This document shows positions 51,138 to 62,800 of a stretch of 64,000 nt of DNA, piece after piece. A model generated the notes under the pieces. The model did not search any database, was not told the origin of the DNA, and saw nothing but the letters and a program-made list of their open reading frames with translations. The stretch's first letter is position 1. Each line of letters opens with the position of its first letter. The DNA comes from Camelus ferus (Eukaryota), in NCBI RefSeq assembly GCF_009834535.1, contig NC_045697.1:101744001-101808000 (forward strand). The letters are read 5' to 3'. The position numbers were made by a program, and so were the translations under genes.

Positions 51138-53274
51138 TGTTACAATTTTTCATTAAAAATGTCTTTATTAACAGGAGTGGAGGAAGTGGTTAATTTTCTA
51201 GCCAACAGTTAACTACGAAGGAGTGGACTAGTCTTACCAATGTTACTCATAAATATTTTGACTCAGTTTACATGCACACTGCCTGTGGGAGAAGTGGAAA
51301 ACAAATTCGATGATTTACTTTTCATTTGCAGGGCTTGTGGTAAAACCTGAGTGCACATTAAAAAATTGTTTTGGTTTATTAGTTGCCATAAAAATTACAC
51401 TCACTTGTATTCTAAAAAGCCTTAAAATTTAAGAAAAGCAATGAACCCCCTTGCTTGTTTTTTCTCTCTCAATCCTCCTCATGATTATCCATTTGATCCT
51501 TCCACAAAACAAGTCTGATTCTCCTCTTTCTTCACATCTTTCAAATCTCTGCTTAGCTGCCTCTTCAAGGAAGACTTCTCTCATCCTATCTGACCTAGCT
51601 GTTTGGTTATTCTTCCAGTTTACTGTTTATTCCCTCCAGTGCACAACACTTAATCACAATCTGCACTTGTACTGACTCCGTTCACTATGCTAAGCCACGG
51701 CAGGAATGTCACTCCCCATGAGTGCAGGGACCTTTGTTTGTCACCACCTACTTTCCTACTATCAAAGTATAACATTTCAGACTCAAAGGAACTCCTGAAT
51801 ATGAAAGTCGTATTAACAAGAAAATGCCTGAGGCCATTTTTCCCCCAGAAATGTTCATTTATCCCCTACTATTTTTACCATTTTTATCTGGTTTTTTATA
51901 TTACCTTCTAAAATTTGTTTGGGGGCTTCGTTTCGCATACAAAATGTTAAAGATATTTCTATTACAGAAATGGGTTAAACTCAGGACCAGGTATCATAAT
52001 TGTAAAGCATACACCAGCAAGCAAATAAAACTAGGACACCCAGCAAGTTTCCCTTTTCTGGTCCAACATCCCAAGGGTAGATTTTAAAAAGCAAAGTCAA
52101 CTGGAAGAAACTGGCAACAAATAAAGGGAACGTGAGAGTTCAAAATGTCCCAGGGATAGATTCAACTAAATCCTTTGGCCCCACTAAGCGATCCCACCCC
52201 TCCGACAAGGCCGCTCCGGGGACTAACCCAGGCCAGCGGGGGAGGGTTCCTCTCAGATCTCTCTTCCAGGATGGTCGCCTCGGCGCGTCCCCCAGCGCCC
52301 TCGTCCTCCTGGACCCTGCCCTTCAGTCTTGAGGACAGGGATCCGGAGGTCACCGACTCTCCAAGGCGCAGAGGTCTCCCTCCCGGCAGTTGTGCCTTTG
52401 AAGGATGTCAAGTAGAGAATTACCCCACCCCACCAAACTCCTGATCTCATGCACCAGTACAAACTCAGAACTGACACTCGGCCAAGCCAAGATGGCAAAC
52501 CCTAGACTGAGCGAATGAACGTTCCTCGCTCCTCCCGGAGCCCGAGCCGCGGCCACGCCGCCCTCGCGAGGTCTCCTGGCCTTTCCCGGAGAGGAGTCCT
52601 CTGGGGGCTCCGGGCGCAATCGCCGCCCGGCGGCCGAGGACCCGGCTCCAGCTTCCCGAACTACAGATCCCAGGGTGCCTCTGGGACTCCCGCTCCCTCC
52701 TACTCCCGCTCCCTCCCTCCCTGCGTCTCCTCCTCCCCGGCCCTCGTTGTTTTGGCTGGAAGCGCTCCGGCGGAGTTTCAGAGAAAGTCTGGGCAGAAAC
52801 CGGAGCCGGCCCGAACGTGGGAAGGGGAGGAGGCAAGGGAGGAAGAGGGAGCCAGGAGGCCGGGAGAGGGAGGGATCGGGGGCCGGGCTGCTCCGAACCT
52901 GCCGCGCGCCCCGGGGTGGGGGAGGCGGCGCGGGAGGAGCGTGAGGGGACGGGACAGTGGGCTCGGTCCCCGCAGCCGAGCGCCTCGTTCCTCCGCCGCT
53001 CTCCGCCCTCTCTCTCCGGCGGCGGCGAGCGCGGACCCACCCTCCGGCGGGACCTGCGCCCTGCCCAGCGACGCCGAGCCGGCGGCTCTCTCCGTGGCCC
53101 GGGACCAGCCCTGCGCCCGCTGCCCACGGGACCCTCGCGGCTTCCCCTTTCCCCTCCGCTGCCCGGCGCCGCGGGGAAGTGACCCACCCTCCCCGAGGAG
53201 CGGGAAGGAGAGGATCGCGCTGGGCGCACGGAAACCGAGAGCCGGCGAGCCGGAGTGGGCGCTGCGCGGGGCAT

Positions 53275-53324
53275 TGTGTGTGTTTGTGTGTATGTGTAAG
53301 TGTGTGTGTGCGCGCGCGCGTGCA
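53275..53324. repeat. (TG)n-(CG)n alternating purine-pyrimidine tract
   Basis: gtgtgtgtgtgcgcgcgcgcgtgca at 53300-53324 is perfectly alternating. Confidence 0.9.
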
Positions 53325-53369
53325 GCGTCGTGTCTGTCTCGGAGAGCGCTCTGGGAGGTCCCGTCCCAA

Positions 53370-53754
53370 GGGGGCGGAGCGCAAGGGGCCGAGGCTCCGG
53401 CTCCGCGCCGGGGCAGAGTCCCGCTGAGCCCGAGCGCTGCTGAGGCGGCCGGCGGGACGGCGCGCCTGGCGGCTGGGCGGGCGCACTGAAGGGAGGCCCG
53501 GCCGCGGCCCCTGCCCCGAGGTGTTGGCCTCGGCGGCGCGTTGGCCTCGGCGGCTCAGCCCACTTCTACTCACGTCAGTGGATCTGCCTCCGGGAGAGAA
53601 GCTCGGACGTGGAGAGCCAGCGCTCCCCGTCCGCCCCGTCCGCCCCGTCCGCCCGGGAGACGCCGCCCGAGAGCTAGCTCCCCGCGGTTGCGCGGCCGTC
53701 CGGCGTCGGCGGTGTCGGGAGCGCGCCCGGCCCGGAGTCCGAGAGGCGAGCACC
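53370..53754 (+). other. GAB1: GAB1 exon 1 5' UTR (start approximate)
   Basis: GC-rich, AUG-free stretch upstream of the Kozak ATG. It resembles my recollection of the human GAB1 mRNA leader. The TSS cannot be determined from sequence alone. Confidence 0.65.
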
Positions 53755-53826
53755 ATGAGCGGCGGCGAAGTGGTCTGCTCGGGATGGCTCCGCAAGTCCC
53801 CCCCGGAGAAAAAGTTGAAGCGTTAT
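53755..53826 (+). CDS. GAB1: GRB2-associated binding protein 1, first coding exon (start of PH domain)
   Basis: Kozak 'gagcaccATGa'. The 72 nt encode [24 protein letters not shown], the GAB1 N-terminus, followed by the donor TAT|GTAAGT at 53827 (phase 0). Confidence 0.97.
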
Positions 53827-56800
53827 GTAAGTAGAGCACGGCTGCCGCTCGCCTCCCCGGGCAGCTCACGCGCGGGCTGCTGCTTCCACTTAGTCCCCAT
53901 CCCTTTCCCCTGGGCCCCTTCCCCGGCAGGCTCGGGACCCGGGCTGCACGCTCACTCCCGGGCCTCCGCTTGGCCGGGCACCTTTCTTCCTCCAGATTCC
54001 TGACATCCGCCCATCGGAGGGCCCGGCATTGCCAGCTGAAAGCCCGTTGCATGTTTTCATTATTCTTTTTAGCAGGGGTGAGGTAGGGGGAGAGCATTCT
54101 CCTTTCATTATATCTGCATCGAATCCTTCAGGGCTGCAGTCCAGTAAATTTCCCGCACTGGGAAAACCGCGGAGGTTTTTGAACTCACCAACCCTCTGTT
54201 CGGTCCGCGTTCCCTCCCGCCTTCCTCTGGAGTTGTTAGCGGGAAGCGGGCGGGGGACCGGGGAATTTGGCCTTAGAGACGAGCATCTCAGATCCGCGCA
54301 CAGGGAAAGAAAAAAATTATTACGCGCCCTACCGTTTGCCTAGCAGGGTTCACGTTTTGGCGGTTTGGAATCAAGGGACATTGGAGTTTGGCCTGAGAGC
54401 TTTGGCAGTTTGCTGCAGGAGGAGCGCGCTGGGGGGAGCCTGGTGGCTGATGCTTGGACGCTTTAGATGCGCTGTCAAGCCCCGCAGGAGGGAACAGCTG
54501 AGGCCGGTCAGGATTTCTGTGTCTTGCGGTCCTTTCCCAGGCCACCAGGGCTGCTTCATGGTATTTGAGTAATTGATACAAGATGCTGATTATGTGTTAA
54601 AACGTTTTAGCTGTTACGGAAAAAAAATTCCTTGAAAGAACCCACCTTACTTTGATGGACATCTGTGTCCTCTTCAGGGGTCTGAGAGCTTATCCCCTTC
54701 TCCCCTACTGGTTCTTTTGTCGCTGCCGCCTGCAAAGGAAAGAAATGACACTTTTGCCCTGGCATATGGAGCAAGTATTTTTCTAGTAAAGTACGTTTCG
54801 AAAGCAAAATGCATGCCCCTTTAAATATAAGTTGACTACCAGGGGGGCGACGCTTTCCAATGGAACCTGTTTCTTGTTAAAGGATATCTACACCCAGTAA
54901 GAGAGCTCGAGTTAATCCTATTAGTCACTGTTTGTATGCATAGAATCGAGTGAAGTGCCATATTTAACTTCACCGACAACTCACCAGTGAGTTTTTGGTT
55001 TCCTTTCTGCCAGAATTTGTTATAGACAAGTAATTCTCATTTAAGGACTTGATGCCACAAATCCTAAGAAAGTTCTCCAGAGATTTTGAATCCTTCCAAA
55101 TCCTTCCTCTCCACCCATCACAGTTTGCCTGAATGTTCTGGTAAATATGCTAACTTTATTCCAGGAATTGGGGAGAGACTGTTTTTCAGCTGAGTTCTAA
55201 ATAGGAGGTGGTATGTGTGTGAGAAGAGGGGATAGGGTGACCGAGAGATGTAATTGTTTTGAGATGGCATGGTTTGGGAAAGTCATAGACCTAAATGACT
55301 GGGTTCTTGGGGGAACTAAAGAGCATGACATTAGCTGAAATAGGTAGTGATAATAGAGGTTTAATGTGTCCTTTAATGTGATTGGTTTATGGCTCTCAAA
55401 AGATGCTGAGCAGTGGACTAGGCATGAGGAAAAAAGCCATGCCTTTCAGGCTTGCAATTTAATGTAATGCAAACCAGGAAGAAAATCAGCCCAAAAGATT
55501 ATGTCTTAACAGTGACCAAAAAACGGGGGCATTTAAATTTTAAAAAATTTATGATTTCATTTGAGCATTACAATGTTTTATGAGGTTGGTATCATCTGTT
55601 TAACAGATGACAACACAGTTTGCAGAACCAGAGCATGCCAGAGGCCAGATATGAACCTAGATCTGCCCAGCTGACCAGGCTTTAAAAGGGTAATGACGCT
55701 CCCCTAGTTCATTTCAAGTGGCGCTCAGGCTGGGTCATCTGTCAAGGGCCTTTTTGTGAGTCGGTGGATGTTGGTTGAGCAGCATGCATGCCAGGAAGAG
55801 GCGGGCTGTGGATCAGAGGTGCAGGCTTGAAGGAACAGAAGCCGAGCCTGTGGAGAAGGAGCCAGCAACGCGGAGTGGTTTCTGATTGTGTGCCCAAGCT
55901 GAACACTAGAGGTGTTTTCAGAGATGTTTTGAGGAACAAGCTGAATGCAGCCTGAAACCATCGGAAGACTTTAGAGAGACAGCAGGCTCCCTCAGTTGTC
56001 ATCAACAGAGGGAAGAAGATGCCTACCAGCTGAGGAGGGGCGGGGTTTTCCTTGCCTGCTGGAGTGCTAGAGTTTTCTTTCCGCAGTAGTGAAGTGGGTG
56101 GAGATGACCCAGGGAGACCGTGGGCAGGGTGACCATTAGAACTGAGAAGTCCAAGAGGGTGACTGGAGCCTTATAAGTTAAAATGAGGCTCGTCTTCTAT
56201 TTACCCTGTCATGTTGGTTGCCCAAAAGATTTTGACGTTCCCAGGTGATTGCTGTTTGGCTGGGTATCCAATTTAGGTCATTTTTGTTAGAGCAGCTTTG
56301 CCCCTCAAAAACAGAGGCATCTCCTATGCTTGTTTTGTGTTCACGTAAAATCTTTATTTTCTAGATGAAAGGAAACATCGTTGGCCACCCAGTAGGCAAA
56401 TGGTGCTTGATAATAGCTTTGAATGAAGGGGTTTGCTGTGATAAGATACCTCGGATGTGTGGGACTATCATTGTCAAATGTGACTTCAGGGAGTTTGTGC
56501 ATTGATTCTGCTGGGGAACATTTGGCCCAGGGGACTTGGACAGTTGTCTCACTGTTTACAGTATTTATAGGGTAGTCCAAGCATTGGTTAAGATGATCCA
56601 TAAGGAGTGTCAAGAAATTGTTTCAGTTTTGTCTTTAAAGGCATTGCAAGTTATGGCCCCAATGCATCTCATTTACAATTCCATTTTATGTTTACTGTTT
56701 CATAGTCAGCAGCATTGTTTTTGCACACTAGTGTGTTCATCTGATACAGACACTTTTCTTGAATTTCCTAAAGAGTGTGAAAGTGGCGTGAGAGGGGAAG

Positions 56801-59800
56801 ACTAGTGAGTAGGTTCTCTAGTCTTTTTGTCTTTTTTTTTCCCCCCTGTATTTATTTGCAAAAGAGTAACAACCTCTTGTCTGTGTTCCATCCTCTGAAT
56901 TTTTTCAAGTCTACTTAACTGGAGGTGAAATTTTTCATGCTTTCAGTCTTGCTACTACTGTGTTGCCGTTCTCATCCTGTGTTCTATATTAAACAGCTGC
57001 TGTTTTACTCTGTTAAGGACCTGAGTAGAATCATGTACAGATCAGCGTCTTTAGAGTTACAGAAAACAAGTCAACTCTTGGTAGTATGCTCTCAACAGTG
57101 GCGCTCAGATTTTTTTAAAGAGCTATTTAAAGAAAAAGCAGCCCTTTGAAATAATGGTGGAATTTTCATCAGGACTTGAAATTTTAGCTGAGATAAAATG
57201 TAAGTCTGAGAACAAAGGATTGCTTCAAGCCAGCTCCCATATCTCTTCAGGGGGAGCGTCCCCATGGCCTGCCCCAAGCCCAGACAGCAAGTTTGGACTC
57301 CTCCTTGGCCCAGCTGTCCGCATGGGGCAGGTGTGCAATCTCAGCAGGAGAACCTGCTTCTGAGGCCAGAGCAAGGTGGCCTGCTAGCTGTCAGCCGGCC
57401 AGCTCTCGGGTGTGTAATCTGTAATCTGCACCCAGCCTGGGCTCTGGTCTTCAGCTGTCAGGGAGTAGGATGGTTCTTGTCTGGACTTCCAGAACCCAAC
57501 CCTGGTTCTGGGAATGGGATCAGAACAGAAATAGCCTCTGCCTCTTGGACAGGGAGGGGGCACCTGACATCTTACTTGGCGGAGAGAGGAGTGGAGAAGG
57601 CAGAATAACAGCATCTCCTTGGTTCAAGGACAGCCCAGATCTGTGCTAAGCATTACGTCCCTGCCCCATCATGTCCCTACAACGAAGAGCACTGTGATGT
57701 CTGGAAGCTCTCCCTGCCCTTTTTTGGCAATTACCAGTAGCAGTCAACAGATTCTGAAGCTTTTGCTTACAGTGGCTGAAGGAGCGTAATTATACTGTTG
57801 AAGGAAATTTTTTCTTGCAACCCTAACAGTGAACATTCCATTCAAATTTCTAATGTCTTCTCTTTACCTTTTCCAGGAAGGCAGGAGCATTGTTGCTCTT
57901 AGGAGCTAGCAATTACATTAAATCTTTATGGAAGTTAATGATAGTTAATTCTTTTGTTGTACCTGGGCTTAGTGATAAGTACCAAACTCTCCACGTAAAA
58001 CTGGCTGAATCCCTAAATCTGATTGTTGTCTCTTGGGATTCAAAATTACTGTGAGGAAGGTGTATCAGTTTGGAAGTAGTTTTGGAATTCTGCTGTTTAA
58101 AAAAATTTTTTTTTTGAATTGATCATCTTCAAACAGATACAGCAGTATGGCAAGAATTATACTTGGATATTCTGCTTGACAGCTGAATCGGTTATTTCAG
58201 TGTGTTTTGCCATAATAAGTCTGCTTGAAAAATAGGAGAGCAATACAATGGCAGAGCACTTTTAAGTCCGAATAAAATTGCATATTTTGTGGTTGACATG
58301 AAAAGCATGTAGATAAGGTCTTGATTTGCAGATTGAGGAAGTTTAAGAGGTGACTAAGTGCCAGCGCTCCTAGTTTTCTTACAGAGACACACACTAGCAG
58401 GGCATCGTAGCAGGTGGGTTACTGCTTTGTATTTGAAGGGTTTCGGGGAAATTGGGCTGTGGTGGAAGGAACCCTGGACCAAGTGTCAGGACCCAGGATT
58501 CACCTTGCCTTTGCCGCTTCCCCTGTGATCTTTGGACCCTTCTGATCCAAAGTTGCCTTATCTGTAAAATGCGGAAGAGTGGGCAAGACGTCTACATTCT
58601 AAACTCTCCTGCCATCTAATACGCCTCTTCTCAGATGTTTCATTGGAAGGGAGGGTGGATGAGGAGTTTCTCCGTAGGCCTCCTTCTTTGGGGAAATAAA
58701 TCTTCATTTCTTGTTCATCTTAAATAATCTAGTGAATGTATTAGAACTAATTAGGCAGAATTCTTTGGGACCCTCCAGCCATCCCTTAATGAGATGCAGA
58801 CTCACTGAGCCCAGGGCTGCACAGTGCCTGTGCTGGGTGCTGTGTCTGTTACAGAGCGGAGGCTCACCAAGGTATCTGTTGACTGAATAAATAAACAGGT
58901 GTTTCTGGAGCTTTTGTAAATGTACCATGTGTGGAATACAGTGGTGGGAAAGGCCCACTCCCGACCTGTAAGGAGTTTCTAATCTGTTTGTGAACACAGG
59001 CTATAAATTGCACGTTCCTTTAAATCATTTTATAAGAGCCATGTTTAAAAGGCCATGTATGATTAATTGCCAGATGGATGATACAGACAACAATTGCTTA
59101 AGAGTTCAGACTGAGAGGGGAAGGCGATGGGGGCTGCCAGAGAAGGCTTCACAGGTGAACTTCAGGCTCTATTCTTGGAAGAATCCAGGTACTGCTGACG
59201 GAAGTAGTGAAATCGTAAGGGTGGCCTGCTCTTTAAGGAAGAAGGAGGACTTTACTTTGAGTTTAGACATCCTGGCGAAAAGGATGGAACACCTCCATTT
59301 CAGGCATGGAGTTTGGACTTCAGCTGTTAACCTACAATTTGAGAAGTTCCTGTTTCTGCCATGACCTAATGCCCCTTGAGGAGATCCTGACCACGAGTGA
59401 ATTTTCTGTCCCAGGCTAGAAACAAACCAAACAAGCCAGCCTGTCCGGTCACCTGAACTTATTAAAATTCCAAGGGACATGTGTTATTTACAATTTCTTT
59501 CTGTCTGTTTTAGACGAAATAATTCATTCTGGCAAGCGTTTCGTTTACAACAGAGAGGGAGCATGTTCTGGTGGGAGGGAGAATAAAAGAGCCTTTGATT
59601 CGATTGCTTCTGAGTTCCAGCAGGAGGGCCCGCGCCGCCTTGGGCTAGCGTCTTATTTTGGACTTGGGAAGCCATCTTAGCCCAGCTGTGTGAGTGCCAG
59701 CTCGTGTTGGAGGGAAAAGAATAACACCATTGGATCACGTTAAACCCCTGCTGCCTGTCGATGGAAGGGTTTCTCTCATTTCACATTCCTGGCATTAACT

Positions 59801-62800
59801 TGGTGGCTCATTTCCCCCAAGTCAGAGCTCCATCTGAATTTGCCATTTGAACTTGGATTGAAGTCATGAGGTTCCTGTGACTCTATCTCGGCTGGTCTGT
59901 CGACTGAGTACAGGAAACTTACCAAGTTCCTGGTCTCTTTCGGCTCCCCCTCTTTGGCCACCCCACGGGCACCAATAAAATCAGCATTCTTCTCTTCTTT
60001 AGATGACTCCTGGGGAGACGTGGCCCATTGTACCTTGGATTTCCACGGTCATTAAATCAGTAGCCTCTTCGATTGCCAACTAAATGGCTGGGGGAGCCTT
60101 AATGAATTGTAGATGGCAGCTCAGGCCTGTGGAATTACAGGGAAAAGTCATTTTGGGAACCGGAAGTTGTGACCATTCCAGGCTTGTCTGTGTGAGCACC
60201 TTAAGTCAGACACGAATGCCTTCACTGGGGAAAAAAAAGAATCTTTTCTCTTTTAAGCAATTCTTTTATTTACAGCAACAAAATGCTCCCTAACTGAAGA
60301 GGAAAATTCTCATTGCTGAATGTGTCTAAAGTAGAACCTAATTGCTTTCGACCCTCCCACAGCCTGCTTTACAAAAAAAAATAGTTAAGGCTCTCCACTG
60401 AAATGCATGCTTGGTCGTTATCTCGGTTACATTAGCCCTTGAAGCAGTCTGATTACAACTTCTAGCTGCCAAGCCCTGTCCTGCAGCATTATCTGGAGCA
60501 GAAATTTTCCATGTGGTTGTTTTTAGCAGAGCAACTATATGCACACTGCCCGGGGAAGATGTAAGTTGCAAAGAAACAGAGCTGCTAGAAGGGGAAATGT
60601 GAGTGATCTTAATTTTTTTCCTACTGTTTAATTGTTCCTTCCTTTCTGTGTGTTTTAGGAGTTTTTTATCCTGTTTCTAAACTGAGTTTTCTTTTATTTT
60701 TATATACTGGAAAGAATGCCAAATGTACCACGAGTTTTTCTTACAGTGGTGTTTTTTCTTCTCGCAGCTTTTTTCTTTGAATTCAAACTTGGCCTAGGTA
60801 ATTCCCTGTGATTAAAAAAAAAAAAAAACACAATGTCCTAAAAGGGAAAAAGCAAATGGGTACATTGTTCCATGAATTAAAAACAATATACGGAGAGTCC
60901 AAACATTTCTCTTCAATGTAAAAATCTTAGGTTTTTTTTTTTTTTGAAAGGAAGAAAAATACTAAACTTTGCTTTAACTATCCTGTTCATTGTTTTTCTT
61001 TTCCCTTTCTTATTTATTTTCCTTTGTTTTGACTCATGTAGTTAAAATTTTTTTGGAAAAGTTTTCTATGTTGTTCTTCTTAAGGAACGTCACACATGGA
61101 AAAAGAAAACATCAAAATTCCATTTTACATTTCATCTTCTGGTCTGAAAAAGGGAAAAAGTGTCAGTTAACTGACTTCATGTTGCTTGGTTGAATTGAAT
61201 ATTTGTCATTATTGCCTAGAAATAATTTAGCTATTATATGTAGGTAAATATAATTTTAGTTAAGAGGCTTGCTTTTGTGAAATTAAAAAATGCAGACAGT
61301 AGCATCAGGAGAAGATTGAGAAGTCAGTCTATTTTTCTTGTCATTTTTATCATTGTATTTAATACCTTAGTTAGTCAGTTGCTATAAAATTTTATCTGCT
61401 AACTTTTTTAAGTGGGAGAGAGGTAAAAAAGCACTCCTTTCCCCAGGGGTCCCTGCCCCTCTTGTCCTTTTCCTCCTTGTTTTCACTTCTTCCTCTGATC
61501 TAGAAGCCTCGCCACTAACATCACAAGGTATTTGTGTCAAAATCATTGCCCACACATTCTTTCACCTTTTCTCTAAAAAGAGGGAGTTATCTATGTCCTG
61601 AGACGTGGTAATCAGGACTAGGACTCATTCTATTCCACCCAGCGTGTAGACTGTTTTTCTCTCCTGAAATGCAGTTTTTAGTTATTGCCGTGCTGGGAAA
61701 TGCGGTCAGGCCACTTTCTGACTAGCAGAACTCCTCCCTGAAATGACTACCTGGGTAAAGAATTAAGTACCTGGTGTGCTTTCTCAGCTCCAGCTCATCA
61801 CACATTCCCATCAGTGCCTCGGCCAGTCAGAGAAGCCAAGAGGAAAATGCTTCTGGTTGGAAGGATGACTACTTGATTAGCGGGAGAGAAGGGCTTTCGT
61901 CTTTGACTCTTGGAAGAGCAACACTTGGTAAAATGCTACCTCCAGTGGTTGAATTCCAGTGGTGTTACGAAGACCTTGACGAGGAATGCTGTCCTCATTC
62001 AGTTAGGGGAGAAGTATTTGAACCCCTTACCTTCTGGCAAAGTTATAATTGACCCCAAAGTCATGTAGGAGGATTGGATTTTACAGGCCTTCCCTGACAA
62101 TTTCAGATTTCGGTGTTTGAAGTATTGGAAAAAAGGTAAAGGAAATACTGAGCTAGTAAGAATGCAAAATATTTGGGAAGTTAATTTATTCCTGTTACAT
62201 AAAACCAAAGCCTTCACAGGGTATACAGATACGTGATTTCTCTCTAAAGAAAAGTGCACAGAATTAAACTGATGCTGTTGAACAGTGTTCTTTTTTTCTT
62301 TCCCTTCATTTAAGCAGTGAAGTAGTCAAAACAGGAAAAGCATGCCTGGTGTATTTTTATTTTAAATATAGTTTTTCTCTATGATTTTCGTAATGACCCA
62401 CAGTATACATAGTAGAAGGTGTGTACACATGATCTGTTTACAGAGAAAATTGTGGCTTCATTTATCATTCTTTGATGTTTGTAATAGGATATTAATTTCC
62501 AGAGGACAAAGGCTGCATTTGTTCTGTGTCTAAACTGTGCAGTGTGGTACCTGGCACAGTCTCTCGAAGAGCGTGACCAAAGAGTTGTAGAATTTTAAGT
62601 CCAAAATTATAAATCATCAAGTTCAATGTTTCTCAACCTTTTCCAACCCATTTCTCTATCGCGCATTGTTTGAGTGTCCTGTGTTTTATAATCCAGTTTT
62701 ATTTTCTGCGATTCGCATTCCAAAAACAACAGCTATATTAAATACCTTTCCCAGTCACGCGTGTCTCCTTCTCCCCTAGCTGAGAGGCCAACCTCCTCTT

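Larger units (their letters stand above)
52180..54550. promoter_or_regulatory. GAB1: CpG island / GAB1 promoter
   Basis: Abrupt rise in GC and CpG density. GC box GGGGCGGAGC at 53371-53380, ETS-like GGAAGT at ~53175, YY1-like CAAGATGGC at 52488-52496. No TATA box seen. Confidence 0.92.

Noticed and set aside
52350..53795. 481-aa minus-strand ORF and other long overlapping ORFs (324, 269, 175 aa) in the CpG island
   Set aside because: Low-complexity Arg/Gly/Pro/Ala translations in several frames are expected from stop-codon depletion in very GC-rich DNA, and no domain is recognisable.
53827..54003. Continuation of ORF 53521-54003 past KRY
   Set aside because: It reads through a canonical GTAAGT donor into intron 1, and GAB1 similarity ends at the donor.
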